From the NCBI GenBank assembly GCA_050084515.1, contig CM114271.1:33976001-34040000 (forward strand): 64,000 bases of DNA, read 5' to 3'. Of the stretch, positions 22,758-37,077 are shown in pieces. Position numbers and translations under genes: made by a program. The notes beneath the pieces are model-generated. The model worked only from the letters and a program-made list of their open reading frames with translations, was not told the origin of the DNA and ran no database searches. Each line of letters starts with the position of its first letter. Within the stretch, counting starts at the first letter, position 1. Source of the stretch: Blasia pusilla (Eukaryota).

Positions 22758-23462
22758 TGTCATGCGCATACACATCGCTACACAACATACATCGTTGTCA
22801 CCAAACACACACACAAACACGCACGATCCCATGCTAACTCATGGCATCCAAACAACGAGACAAGAAGTACCAAAATATCTCCAAAAACAGCGAATGACCA
22901 GCGAGCTCCCCCATGAAGCTCTCTCACTCTCTCATTCTCTCTTAGTAAAATAAGATCCAATATCTCTCACAACACCATAATTCTCACATGTGTGCACTCT
23001 CATATGTATCTCTCAATGTCAAACCAAACCCACTCTCCTAATGAGAGGCTTGGGTTACACACACAAGGCAAGCAAGACCATAGCTCCGCCACCTCATGCC
23101 AAGAGGTTCAACAAAGAGAGAATGAGCTCTCAAGCTCTCTCTCCTTGAGGTATACCCCTTCCCTCTCCCAATCTCTCTCCATGGTAACCTATGCTCCCAA
23201 TTCACCTCCTTGGCTCTTGACCTGATGTAGGAGGTGAAGGGCCACTTACCAAAAATAGAAAGTTGATCATATACTCAAAATGGTGCTTGCGTAAAATAGT
23301 AAGTTCCTCAATATGGCTCCAAATGAGCCGAAATGAAGGGGAAACCTGCTCTCTCAGGTTTCCCGTGGCCTCAAGAGTCATCTTCAACCTATTGAGCATG
23401 TCCTCCACTACTCACAAAGACACTCTACTAGATCTGACCGATCTATCCTTGAAGATGTGACA
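22758..23462 (-). mobile_element. Solo terminal repeat (705 bp) of the family of the DNMT/PHD Gypsy element
   Basis: TGTC...GACA with 4-bp TSD TAGT (22754-22757, 23463-23466). Its reverse complement matches 48222-48798 followed by 58378-58505. Confidence 0.9.
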
Positions 23463-24455
23463 TAGTTAGCCAAACTAATTAAAGAGAAGAGGTAGAATCT
23501 CCTATGACCTAACCTTGCTGAGAACACAAAAAATTCAATTAAATTAATGGAAAACATAACTTCTAGAAAAACCACCCCAAAAGCCCATTGGTTTGGGTAT
23601 GTTGCCATGTTATGGAGACTCAATATATCATAGAGTTTGAGCTCTACTTCTTCTAGTTTGGTCATGAAGCACTCATGAACTTGAGCTTTGCAAGCAAAAG
23701 AGTTACGTTGAGTCCCAAAGACTCAACCACTTGTGCAAGAAACCGTAGGTAGTCAAGAAACCGCCAATGGTAATCGGATCTAGTCTCACTAAGTTTGTAC
23801 CGTCTCCCTAAGAAGTCACTTCCCTAAGCCGATCAATCTCCCCACAGCCCTTGCTTATATCAGATTGAGTTGGTTAATTTCTCAAGGTGCATCCCTCGGT
23901 TCAAACCTAAAACATGGGCAAACACACATCACAATTAGTTCCTAGTCCAAGGACTTGAATGGGTAGAGAAGGAGAGTGCCCCCCCCCCCCCCTATAGGTA
24001 CCTTTCCTAATTTCCCCAATGGACCTTTAATTATGGTCCTCGACTTAAATATGGTTTGCAACTCGCGCACGGAAATTTGACTAGTTATCCATGGGGATGG
24101 CTTGGTGGAGGCATCCTATAGATTCTGCAACTCCCTGCTCTCCAAATACATCTTGTAGCTTGGATCCGCATTTAATGTGTCTCATGGCTAGTGCCTATCT
24201 TGACTCCCTATTTGGTTCTCATGGTTGTCTTGTTGCCCTTTACGTTTCATGACTACTCTCGTGGCGTATTGCCCACCTTCACTACTCACATGTTCCTTGC
24301 TTTTTCCCCTTGACTTGGTGCTTGGCTCCAAGATCTCAATCCTTGCTTGCCTTACCATTGTAGCCTTACGTGAGAAAGGGGCATCTCTATGCCCCTTTTT
24401 CACGTAAGGCTAGGTACTACACAAGTGCGTATCTCACCTAACGTAAGTCTCGCGG

Positions 24456-25486
24456 TGTCGTGCGCCTACTCTCCTCGAACGTTAATCTTGTTTGTTGCGG
24501 AAGCGTGCGTTCAGTAGGTCATGCTCTCAACGCTGATCTGCATCCAAACACGCACTTTGGTTAGTCGGGTCTTGGATCAATCAGAGGGATTACTTTCCGA
24601 GTTCTCGTCTCGGACTCTCATCAAGCTCAACCTTCCTAGTTTCGCGGTTTACAACACGGGCAAATCTCGAAAGACTTGGGACAGACTTTCTGGTCGGTTC
24701 AGGAACCTGAAACGGCATTTCGCGCCTAGCGGTTCCAACTGTCCGATGGACATCCAATGAGTTTCTCATCCAAACTCGCACGAAGTGAATCTCGGGTTGG
24801 AATCCAAGTGTGGCGTACAAAGTCCACTCCCTTGGATCAGGTTTGGGTTTGGAGTTCCCACGCCAAACTCCCGTTCCATCTCGTGCCTCTGAAACGCCGT
24901 TTGGCGCCCAAAGTGGGAATTCGTTTCCCGAGACATCTCGGAGAGAGTCCTCCCTTAGTAGTTCTTCTGGGGATCTCCGGGGGCCCCCTACATTTAGGGA
25001 AAGACACCCGAGCCTCTCCAATTGGCCCTCAACCCGATTGCTCTCTCAATCATTTTCGGCCAATATCTCAGCCTGTACTTATGCGTTTTTTGAGATCTTT
25101 GGTGCATCGGAAGCGTCTTAAGATCAGCTTTCCAACGCGCCCTTACTTGTACCAAATGCATCTTGGAGCTCAACGTTATGGTCCTAAACACAGTCAGATT
25201 CTCCCAAACGCTAGTAGTGTTCCAAACTGGTTCTCACCTCTTTGGCAACCAACCTCCCAAGACTCAACTCATCTCAAGTCTTGGCTCGCGTTTGGTCTAG
25301 GTTTCCTGGTCGCGACCACTAACGCATGAAACGCATGACTCTGTTCCGCATTTCGTCTCTTAGACTTTTCCAAGAGACTTTTCCAAACGCCTCTCCAAAG
25401 CGCAAACCTCGCAACGTGAGTTCCTTTGAGTTCTGATGTTTCACTTGGCGCCTATTTGGTGTTGTTTGGTTATGAGGGTCACGACA
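24456..25486 (-). mobile_element. Solo LTR (~1.03 kb) of a relative of the chromovirus
   Basis: TGTCG...CGACA with 5-bp TSD CGCGG/CGTGG. Its reverse complement aligns by eye to 1564-2565. Confidence 0.88.
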
Positions 25487-28449
25487 CGTGGCCTGTTCTG
25501 TCACCCTTCCAAGTGTCGCCATTAGCTAGTATAGGTTTTGTCTTTGGTGGGTCATATCGACGTCTTTCCTCCTTGGACCCCCATTGACTCGCTTCCCAGG
25601 TTCTCACTAGCGTGGGAGTCATAGACTTAACTATTCGCAACGCAATGTGCTAAATAGTTGGCGTATAATTACCCATTACTCAAATGAAATATTTAAACAA
25701 TGGAGGATATCATATGAGGCAACATCAAAATCTTTTTCAAGTTGTTACAAATGGAATCTCCACACCCTACCTAAGAACCTAGGACCTCACAACCTAATCA
25801 CACATATCACACATATCATCCTATTTGATCCATGGATAAGTTGAAAGTTCCTAGACCTTTCTTCTATGCCAAATGAAAATGAAAAGAGTCAAAGAGAGGC
25901 GTAGCAAATATAGACTTGGCATAAGAGTCCCCATTGAGTTCATATAACTTAAGGGAAGAAAGGGAAATTTAGGACAAGATCATTGCTCATGGGAGAAAAA
26001 AATCACAAAATTAAGTAGAGAAGAGGAAAAGCTTTAAAAAGATACAATCCAAAAGGGAGTATCATTAGAAGTACCATGTTTGTATAGCATGTTGATTTAT
26101 CTCCAAGCTCAAGTTAATCTACGTTAATTACTTAGGTGATATTTAGAGTAATAACTCAAAAAGCGATGAGGGAAAGTTGATGTAACATGTGTCCGCAAGT
26201 TACAATCTACGATAAGATATTAGGCCTTTGTGTGATTGCAGGATTAGCACTCTTTGTCCCTACCTTATACATGGAGTGGAAGATGGGACTTACTATTCTC
26301 TTTATGAATATGCTCTTCATACTTATGCAAGATAATCTCTCTTTGTGTATGTGTGTGTGAGTGTAGAACTCTTAAGGTTGGAAGTTTATACATGGTATGA
26401 GAGTTTTAAAGCCTACGAGAGAAATCATAAGATTCCAAAATAGAACAAGAATATATTTTCAAAGAGGAGAATACGACTAGTTGAGGGAAAATCCACTTCA
26501 AAAGAAAAGAAATTTGTTTTGGAGGTTAAAATAATGTCAAAGGAGTAAAATCATGGGGTGTCATTTGCCATCAACATAAGTTGGCTTCTACTTACATTCA
26601 GAAATTTTGTCTTTTAATCGCCTTCATTTTGAAATTATATGTATTTATGATTTCAAATGCCAAAGTATACAACATTTAAAAAAACCCAAGGCCATTTTCT
26701 TTTATTGGGAAAACATTTCTAATTTCAATCAAAAAAGAATGCCATAAAATTTAGTTATTGATTAGACGTTAGAAATCAATTATTTTTGCTACATAGTAAG
26801 ATCATAAATCCAAGAAAAAATTTTGAGGTTCCTTAGAGATGGAAGAATTGATTTCTTTTTATTTCTGTGATATTTGAAGTAAAGTGAAAAGCAATGGGAG
26901 AGAAACTATTCCTCACAAAAGTTCACGATTATGAATTTCTCTATGGATTATGAATTTTTGGTTCAAATCTAAAATGATAAGTCCAAGCCCAAATGAGTTT
27001 CGAGCAAACCGAAAGTTTGAGTGGGGAATAAGAGGACAAGATAGGTAATCATTCATATAATTACCATTAATGCTCTTTAGAACATCATGTTCAAGACAAA
27101 GAGATACCAAAGGAATTAAGGGAGTCATCTACTAAAGTTAGGAAGTTGGAATTGAAAAAGAAAAGGGAATTAAGTTAGGAAAGGATTTCAAAATATAAGC
27201 AACTGCGTCCTTTACATTACATCTACCATTTATCAATTAGGAAATATTACAATATTTCTAGATACATGATCTCATTCCAACAATTAGGAAATCCTTTCCC
27301 AAAAATATCCATCTCCATTAGACATACATTCTCAATATTTCCTGAAAATGAACTAGTTTATGGGTGTGGGATCTCGCATCTTTATTTTGAAATGAGATCG
27401 CCCATCCAAATCTCACACCAGATAGAAGCTATAGACAAGAGGCAAAAGAGTGAGTTGAGTAAGGCTATAGTCAAGGTAGCAAGATTGGGATTCAAGGGGT
27501 AGGATGAGATGGGATGTCGAGAAGGATTTGGGGATTGGTGGGGCCATGGAAAAGGCACATTAGGGATGGAGGGCCGCCCTGTCTTGCCTTAACCATCTCT
27601 CTTATCCTTGCATATGAGCAAGTCAAGGTTGGGATCAAGGTTGCACAAAAATGGACATGTTTGTGCATGAAATGGACATGCCCAATGGATCCCCCACATT
27701 GGTTTATTTGTATCCCGGTGGCCCACCCTTGAAGCTTGCACCCGTTCCACCGGGAGGTGGGAACGGGTGCAAGCATACATAAAGGGAGGCAAGTAGGGAA
27801 CGAGTGGGTGTGCACGTTATGAGCCCTCGATCGGCCCTCATTGCGTAGGTTACAACCTACGCGGGCTAGCCACGAGCCTCGTGCGGGCCTTATGCAGGCA
27901 TGGCGCGAGCTTGTGTGGGCTTAGGGTAGGCTTGGTGCACGCTACAAAATGGGTAGCAAGAATGGGTGATGAGTTCCTAGACTAGGTGCGCGTTGGTCGA
28001 GCCTCGATCTACATTGCGGATGGGGCGAGCTCAGGTGTGGGTCATGGGTACCCGCACTCATAGAGACATGGACATGTCTTTGCACATGGACTTTGCCAAT
28101 GTGCAACCTTGGTTGGGATGGAATTTTGGGGGACACTTTCTCTGGGTTGTTGAGGTCGGGGTGTAACCTAAGTCACCATTGATAATATCGATCAACTCTT
28201 TGAAATTTTTACAAGAAAAATCCTATGCAAGCAATTATTCCTATGTCATGGACCTTATCCGCATGCAATTTTCTATATTCCGTATTCTTAAATTAAAAAT
28301 TAAGAGTTAATGCATGGATATTTAGAGAGATATCTTGGAAAGTGATATTTGTGTATTACCTGATGTCAAGATAAGGTATTGGTCTTTGCTAGAATTTTAG
28401 GGTAAACACTTTTTGTCCTTACTTCAAAAGAAAAATATGAGACTTCAGT

Positions 28450-29340
28450 TGATTGATGACGAAAGGGTTTGATCGACTTCACGAGCATATCTCAGAGAAT
28501 TTGCACCAAATCAACTTTTCCAGCATTCTCTCTAAGGTATCGAGTTTGTCTGCATACATGTGCAAGTACCAAAGCGCGCGCATGGCTTACTGCAAATCCT
28601 CTTATTCTTCCATTTCATCTTCCTCGAATTATATTCTCAACACCTTTACGATTACGCCTTGGACTTCCCCATCCTTCTCTGTTAGGTGTGCCAAATTTTC
28701 TATGCGGGATCCCATTAATGCAAAGGGTATCTATATTCTCCAATGTGTACATGGTGGAGAACGAACGACCACACATAATGTCATTAGAGAGGCGGTAGCA
28801 TCGGTGGCTCGTACATCGTTGGGCAAGAACAACTCCATGTCCTACCTTCAACCACACAAGCAACCTCTCATCGGAGAGTTGATCTTGTTATGTCTCGAGG
28901 TGGATTCCGGACACAAGGTGATGTGATAGTTGTTGATCCAACACGTTCTGACTTGGTGTGTCGAGTCGCACATAACAAAGGTTTGGCAGCCGAAGCTCTA
29001 GCAAGAATCAAGGAGTTAAGTTATGCTGTGAGACATGCAATTGATGGATTTATTCCTTTTGCGATGAAAGTATTCGGTCATTTACATATGTCTTTTGATA
29101 TTTTCGTGAAAACATGTGCTCAGCACTCCCTCGAGAATCATCACCTTACCTCTTCACGTAGTCCTTCTCTCCCTGTAGTTACTACTTATTTTTGGCAATG
29201 CATCTCAGTGACCTTACAACGTGCACAAGCCTTGGCATTGATACGGCTTGTAGAGGTGGTGGGGGGCCGCTCGCCTCGTCATCCGTTCATGTCTATCCAA
29301 CCACTAGTGTTCTTGGAAGTTTTTTTTTCAGGCTATCAAT
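28450..29340 (+). mobile_element. 5'-truncated non-LTR retrotransposon: zinc knuckle plus restriction-like endonuclease (CRE-like clade), decayed
   Basis: ARAWLTANP...LRLRLGLP...CG...LQCVHGGERTTTHNVIRE...RRVDLV...DVIVVDP...KELSY...FIPFA...FG...ISVTLQRAQA. Confidence 0.8.
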
Positions 29341-29636
29341 CGTGTAACTCGTTGAGTTGGTGTTTGCATTCGCTAGTTGCCATTTTCTTTTTGCATTCCA
29401 TTATGCATTTTTTGACTCCTGTTTTTAGATGTTATTACCTTCCTTTGTCCTCTTTTGAGGTTTGTTTTTATAATAAAGTGGATATTAGGAGACCATACTC
29501 ACTTGTTCTCTTTGTGCCATTCTCACAATACATTTTAATGCAAAATGCAATCTCTTTACTTGTGTGTAAAAGTTTTAACACACAAAGGTGGGCAAAAACT
29601 CTAAGGGATCAATTTTGGATTCCAATTACTCCATTA

Positions 29637-31826
29637 CTAGTGAGAATGCCCGTGCGATGCACCGGCATCAAATTTTTCACTGAAATAAATCTTAACTTTA
29701 TTTTTAAGTAATAACATACATCCAATTTCACACCCAACCTACGTGCACTCGTATTCGAGCATGCAACTTCCCAATCCTCTAGCCTTCAACCCACGAACGT
29801 TCCACACTGTCCACCATGGCCGGTAGACGATATGGTCTCTACTTATAAGATACTATGTGATCCTCATAAGAAAGTTTGTAAATGAATGGCGTGTATGGGA
29901 CATTCTTGTGTTCAATCCAAAGGATTTCCATGAATACACTCTCCAACCAATGCAATGCCAAGTTCTCAAGAGCGATGGCGGCAGACTCCAGAATCATGCT
30001 CGCCATCGGATTACTAGCCCTGTTGTACTGCACCACCAAATCACCCAGATTTGCCACGCACTCTTTGGTGATCATATGAGTCTCCCGCACATATGTGACA
30101 GTGAGGTTAGCAAATGCTTTGATGGCCTCTTACGCAAGCTTGTGTGCTTGTGTTGTGACAACAATGTCACGAGAGACTGTCACCAAGCCCCAAAGATTGG
30201 GGAACTCGAGAACATCAATTCGTTCTCCGATAGGCATTTGAGATTAGCCAACGCTCTCGCCGCTGTTCTGCGTGTTGGGGCTTCGGTTTTGGACATCGAT
30301 GAATCAAACCCCGAAAGCAGCGGGGCATTTTGCAATTTTCTAATTGGCCTCGTGGGCGTGGGAAAGATTGGCCAACGCCCCATGCTGCTGCTGCTCGCCC
30401 ATCGGGGTTCGCATTTGGAACAGAAGGTCCATCAGAGCGGGTAGAGCTTTGTGGTAGTCCACGATCTTGAGGCCATTGTTTTGGGCCAGCGAGGTTCCCA
30501 GAGCCATGGCGGCATACTCCACCAGAAGAGGATCTTCATCGCGGTAAAGACACAGCGCTACCTCTTCCAGGATGCCCGGGTAGTCAGCGATTTTAATCTG
30601 AATCTCCTCGGTGGCGGAGAGATTGGACAAAGTGAGAACGGCCGATTTCTGCAGAGCATAGTTCTTGTGGCCCTTGCTTTTGATCAGCAATCCAAGAAGA
30701 CCACGCAGAGCGCTCGAATCCCCCGAGTGTGCAATCGTCGCATTCTGCGGCACTGTGAGAGGCGGGGGGCGAGTCTTGCCTGCATTGTCCAACAACATCC
30801 CCTCCGCCGGTCCGGCCAGTTGAAGGAGCTGGTCTCCGACCTTGAGGGAGATGCTAAACCGGAGAGGCAAGCGGTGGCGTGAAAGCCATCATGGGCCTGG
30901 CGTTGTCGGAGGAAAATCGAGTAAATATTTGTGAGAACCCTCAAGCACTCGCTGCTCGTGGCGCTTCTTTGTTCAAGGATGACAATCGGTCTTGCGAGAA
31001 TCATGGAACGCTCACATTGGGCGTTCTCGCCGGGGTGCACCAAAATGCTTTGAAGATGGCACAGTAGCCTTTCGCGCTGGAAGGTTTGATCAGATTGCAC
31101 CATTCTTGCGACTTGTCCGTCAAAATCCAGGATATGAGACACCGGCATGAAACAAAAGATTCGGCTGCTTCTGGATCCCATAGGAGTGCGAGAGCAAGAG
31201 GAGTGCGATTGGGCTGAATCCTACACTCAAACTTTCCCTCCTCCTAAGCTCCAACGGATACACCTCCGACAACACGATTTCACCCACATCGATTCACCTC
31301 CATCGATTCATTTCACCTCCACCTCCATAGTTCCACCCACAGTGATTCACCTCCACGATTCCACCCACGTCGATTCACCTCCACCTCTACCCACACCTCC
31401 ACCTCTACACGCAGATGAAAGTTCCTCGACACCAACTCTAGCTATGAGGCTCTGAGTCTCTAACTATGGCAGTGCAGGCTCAACTTATACTTGAGTAACG
31501 ATCATAACTATCACACACTATTGTGTGGATACAATAGCCCCTGCCTCCTCACAATGACACATGTAACTAAAAGGAGCAGAAACTGAAACGACTCCACTTT
31601 TAGGTAGCAGATTTGATTGGGAGGGGAAAATTAGCGTTGGGTCCCTTATAACAATACTCCATGGCTTCACTTCTTCTAGAAAGACTCTTTCAGGTTTTTC
31701 TTCTCCCTTCCTCCATTTAGTAACCCCCCATGTTAAGAGTATAGATTATTTATGGAGGGCTTCACTTCTTTGGGAAAATTTTTTTCCAAAAGAGGTAACC
31801 CCCCCTTCCTCGCATTATAGTATAGA
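29637..31826 (-). mobile_element. Non-autonomous Helitron carrying a gene fragment
   Basis: Minus strand 5' end A|TCTATACTATAA at 31826, with a second 5'-like end TCTATACTCT at 31745. 3' hairpin CCGGTGC-ATC-GCACGGG, 8 nt, then CTAG|T at 29637. Confidence 0.75.
29850..31150 (-). pseudogene. Armadillo (ARM)-repeat protein fragment with stops and frameshifts
   Basis: Recurring ARM-like units: AVLTLSNLS...IKIADYPGIL; AAMALG...KIVDYHKALPALMDLL; GALANLS; AIKAFANLT; AAIALENLA. Confidence 0.7.
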
Positions 31827-33015
31827 TTCTTGCTTTACAAAAGAATAGGAACTAGCCATAACTAGGGATGACAAAACCCTGTAAGTGGAAAACATGGGGA
31901 TTCATGAATCAACCATGTGGAAGTCTTCTACAACTAATTATACTCGTAAGGAACGGGGGGCCAGTATGTACTTGGCACGTCCATGCCTATAATGAAGGAA
32001 GGAATTGACATTTTTATTGGAATACTACAAGGTATCCACTCGGAGCCTACTTCAAATCTGGCAGCCACGCAACACTAGAGTGGAGACAAGAATGCCTTTA
32101 CTTCTCTCATCCCAACGGCTCAAAATCCACGAGCGTTTCGTGGGTGGATAAGACTTAAAAAATGCTTTCCAATTGCATGATGTACACGAAAATGTTCCTC
32201 GTTTACCTCGCTCGCTACTCCAGCCTGGTTAGAGTTAGAAGTACCGGTGTGTCAACACGCCCGCCCTTTATTAGAAATGACATAAAATTAAAAAGGTCTC
32301 CTCAATTAGAAGAGTTCAAACTGGAGGCGAAACTTTTTCCCCTACCTGGAAAGATTCGTGTCGTTATATTCTCTTGCATAAATCGAAAAGTGTCAATTCA
32401 TGTTTTATGGTTGGAATGGAGTCCACAACTTTAGGAGGAAAGATATGGGAATAAAAGTACCCGTACTTGCTCGCTCAAGCTCAATTGGCTCCGACATGTG
32501 CTCGCTGGGAGTCAACGACGCTACCAACATTCCTTCGCCCATTCTCGTCCGACCAAGATGCGGAATGTTGGGATCTTAATCGGTGCTGTCGAGTCTTTCA
32601 TCGGAAGAGAACCTGGACGTTTACATTGGTCCACATTCTCTGCAGTTGCATCTTGTTGGTGCTGAACGAAGTTGCCTCTCACTTCACCAACGCGGCCAAT
32701 GGAAGGGAATTCGAGGGAAATGGAGTAGGAGAGGTCTTGGAGAGGTTAAGGAAGTGAAGGATCACAAGAAATAAGCTCAGGATGTGCGTGTGTCAGGATC
32801 TGACACAATATGTAATTCTCTTACAAAATTACCATCGTGGGGCGGTGGGAAAATTTTAATAAGGAGCTAAGGGCTTCAAGTAGTCTTGACTTTTGTATTG
32901 GATTTTATGAGACAACTTCATTATTTGCCCACTGTGAAATAAAAAACAGGGTAGAGCAGAGAAGACCAGGCAGCAAAACGCTGAAAGGCAAATTGATGTG
33001 TGGATGCGAGTGTTG

Positions 33016-36000
33016 TCAAGGAGTGTTATCGTAATAAAACACCTCCAAATTTTCTTCATCGCATGGCATGGAGAATTTGGTGGCTAGGGGATGCGAAGGA
33101 TGTTCTAAATCCCACGAAGCGGAAACCATACTCTCCTGGTCGACAGTCAGTTCACACAGCTCAGGCAGCGACAAGCTTGGTTGAAAGCGGTTGTGGTCTT
33201 CTTGACCTGCTGGAAGAACCACTGGAGATACCATGTAGGTCAATCTGCAATCTGTTGTACTTTGGTCCAAACTTTCCAAGTCTTGAAAAATATGGTAAAT
33301 GCTCAAGCCCTGGTCATTGTTCTGTTTGTAGACATTTGATTGTTCGTCCTGATCTGTGCATGCTATGTCGAGTGCAACATCGTCGGAATCGCCGTCAGGA
33401 TATGCCGGTTGTAAATGCTCGTGAAACCAGCCAGAGTCGCCCGCTCCAGATATTAGAAGCGACTCGTCCTTGCATGATCTGAGATGCTTTTGCTCCTCCC
33501 AGATCTGTGATATGAGGTGTCGACTTTCTGAATGATCCACGCTCGCACTCCGATTTGAATGTGTGTCCTCATGCCATGAAATTAAACCCGATAGCGCAGT
33601 AGTGGACCACTCAGTGACAAGGAGATCCGAATTAGGACTTTGATTGTCTAGTGTATCAGACTCTCTACATTGGTTACAGTCCACGAAGTTCCGGCGATCA
33701 CCAGGAATGAGCTGTGTATCGGTGCTGGAAGGATAGATCTCCGATGTATCATCGGGTCTCGAGTAGCATATTTCGACATTCATATGATGTCTTCTCATAA
33801 GCTTCGACGCGGAAGGTAACTCATGAGACTCGTGAATCTCTGGTTCCAACGCCCACGAAGTAGATTGACGAGTCTCTAGATCTTGAAGATAAGCATAATT
33901 CCAGTGCTCATGCCAATTGGTTAAGGCGTGGTGACTACCCATCAGATCATCAGGAATAGTCTCTCGCAGACTACCGTTTATCTCCCGTATGCAGTGAGCA
34001 GGTAATTCCAACAACTCGTCCAGTTCCTTATTCCTGCCATTTGTATCAAGATCGCGTTGCAAAACTATCGATGTTTCCAGGGAGCATTTGGTTGAGTGAA
34101 GGCACTTAGTCTGCATCAGTAAATGACAGATTAGCTTCTGTAACGATTGTAATTACACTTTTCGATGAAAGTAACCGGAAACATACAACGCTGATCCGTT
34201 GCAATCAAGCTGATCGTGAGTGATAGACTACTTGTAAAGTCCTGATTTTATTCAGATTTTAATGTGAGCAAAGATAAGATCCTTGGGACCGGCGACCCAA
34301 AAGTATTCTGACATATACATCCTGGTGTCTAATATCATGCATCTGCAACCAATGATCTGCCTTGAATCATCTCGAATACTTAACGTGGAGAGAAACACGT
34401 TGATTCATTTTAGAAGATCGAATCATATTTTAGGTCTAATTTCTACAAATCTCTTTTCTTCTCTGGAGTCCTGGAAAACCTATATCCGAGTGGCATCTAA
34501 ATTTTGCTCCATCTTAAACCACCAGCGTGGCTAACGCGAGTCATGTGTGCGTCAATATTCCTTTCGTGACATAGTCTTTTACGATGTTGTCAACTTATCA
34601 ATCATGTCGGTCTCTCTAGTAATGCGCGAACCAGGCTGACATCGACGTAGACTTCAAAGTGCAATGTATCTAGATAGCATTACGTGATATTTCCTCTGTA
34701 AGAAATCGTTCTTTCAAATCTGGAATTTGCAATCTTCTTGGTCTTGCCCATCGCGTGGACGTACCACGCTACGTTGATGATAGCTCGGCATTCTGTATGT
34801 TGAGTTGGAAAAAGTGTAAGGAATGGAGGCGAGAGAATAATGAGTAATTGGGAGTTCTGAACATGACCTTCGAGTGCCTTAACCAAAAGGCATTATGGCT
34901 CTCCTTAAAAAAATGTATAGTCGTGTACTACCCCCCATCAGACACTCACCTTGGCATCAGATGACAGATCCACGGAACTTCGGACAGATAAGATGGTGAG
35001 CCTTCTCAGAAGTTCATCTACAGCTTGTGTCCTGAAAGAGAGTTGAAAGTGTCGGTCAAACTAGAACAAGGATGCTTTCTCTAATGATTCTGATCAAACT
35101 TCAACTTCTTCTGTAACATGTAGACGACTGACATAGAAAAGCTTACCCAGAAAATGTTCGAAAACCACGCTCCGGCTTTGGCAACCGAAGAGCAGTGTGT
35201 ACAAGATGCTGCAACCCGTTTCTCAATTGATTCATAAGGTCTTCGTGTGGTATGAGTCGTGATACTGTAAAGAAATAATAGACAAAAGTTGGGACGGAAA
35301 GTGATCACATAGAATAGAAAAATAAAAACGAAAACAAAAAACAAACATTTTAGATGCCAGTCATAAAAACTCCTACCATTATGAATGCCCTCCAGAACTT
35401 CGTCGTCTGAACCCGCGTTCACAGTTTCTTGGTTCAACTTCTTATTATTTTCATCCTCTTTTTCAACGAGGTTCCTAAACCTGGTGGGACAGAACAAGCC
35501 GCATCGCTCTCCAAACTCGCATATACGTAACTGGGGTTGAAAGATAGACTGGGACGCTGCTCGATAATACTTGGAGCGCGATGTGTAATTGCTGTACTCG
35601 GATCCAGCGAAGCGTCTAAGATCTTTCTGAGTTTCGTCACTACTGCAGATAAAAGCTATGATTCAGTAACTTCCAACAAACTAAGAGATGATATACTTGA
35701 AAGAACCAATCAGAATAGAAACTGCCGAAATGACGTTCCAAATCATCCGTGAAATAGGGATCTATATTTGGTTCTCATAAAGCCGACGAAGTCTATCAGC
35801 CTGTCATTGAGAATGAGGTAATTATGAAGTAGTTGTCCTTTCAGAGTTTGATCTGGATTGAACGGTTGATTCCATTGAGATTGCACAACCAAGATATCGA
35901 TGTTAATCTTTTGGCCAGAAACTCCAACCAATTACACCGTGCCTTGAATTACAACATGTAACACTGTGACACTTCTGGGAAGTTGTAATAGATAAGTCCC

Positions 36001-37077
36001 CTATCTAATCTAGGACAAACCTGCAACGCCACTTGGTATTGTAATCTTTCTCGAAACTGTTCCTCCTCTCCGCCGCTTCCTGTAAGAGAATTGCAGCTAA
36101 CAATATCTTTTTACGACGTGTAAGAGCCCTACGCAAGCAGGAGTTTCACAGCGTAGACGTCGTAAAGTATTCCACAATGCTATACCGATAAAATTGCAAA
36201 TCCTAGGAGAAAAAATCCGGTACATTTGATTTCTAGAGTCTGAATGAAACTTCTCGTCGTCTTAGGTCTCAGACATTTTGACCGTTGCAAAGATTCTGAA
36301 GAGACATGGACCTGGTAGCATTTGCTGATTGGCTTTTTGTCTGTGCAGATTTGCATTTGCGGCGAGCCATTGAACGAAGTGCCTGATGCAGAACTCGGAC
36401 ATAATTTAGATTCTTCATTGTAAATTTGGAAAGAGTGTGCACGGTAATCTAATATTGTGTACCGAAGATGCTTCGGTTTCTTCGGAAGTTACCAACCAGG
36501 TTATCCAGAATCTCGCGTTTCAAACCGATTATTCACAATATAGATGACGGCTACCCAGTCTATAGTCTCCAATAGTCATGGAAGCCTTTAATCAACGTAC
36601 CGCGATTGAAGGCTTGCGGTTGCCGACGTTTGCTGTACTTGATAGAGCGCGAGGGTCAGAATTTCGACCTCGCTCCACCGCTGCGTGTTGAAGGTCTTGA
36701 GCTGATGTGTTGGACTTATCACACGAGCGTTATATGACAGGCGAAACAGCATATGACGGTGAGCAACCAGCATCGTCTGCACCACTATCTGTCTCATACT
36801 GACGTAGGCGCATTTAGTCGGAAAAGCAGGACTCTCCGCTCTCTTTTGCTTGTTAAATTGCTCCTTAAATAACAAATTTCCTGCCAGACCTTACAAACAC
36901 GTGAATCCCTTTATGAAAGATCGAACATACGCCGATACCTCCGGTTGAAGCGAGTAGAAGCTTGAAATTCCTTAGATTTTCGATTCGATCCGTTTGTGCT
37001 CGAGCAGTCTGCACAAAATCTTCGGGCTGCACAGCAGATAGCATCGCCTCGGCCTTGATAACTGGCACAGACGTCAT
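33016..37077 (-). CDS. Probable multi-exon gene of unknown function
   Basis: 366-codon terminal ORF (33016-34116) plus GT-AG-bounded exon-like segments near 34950-35032, 35377-35643, 36020-36080, 36312-36381 and 36892-37077. No recognisable domain; exon joins not fully resolved. Confidence 0.5.

Noticed and set aside
23467-24455. Minus-strand coding remnant between the solo LTRs
   Set aside because: It looks protein-like but is disrupted and could not be assigned.
27360-28170. GC-richer segment that might be an LTR or MITE
   Set aside because: No convincing termini or TSD.
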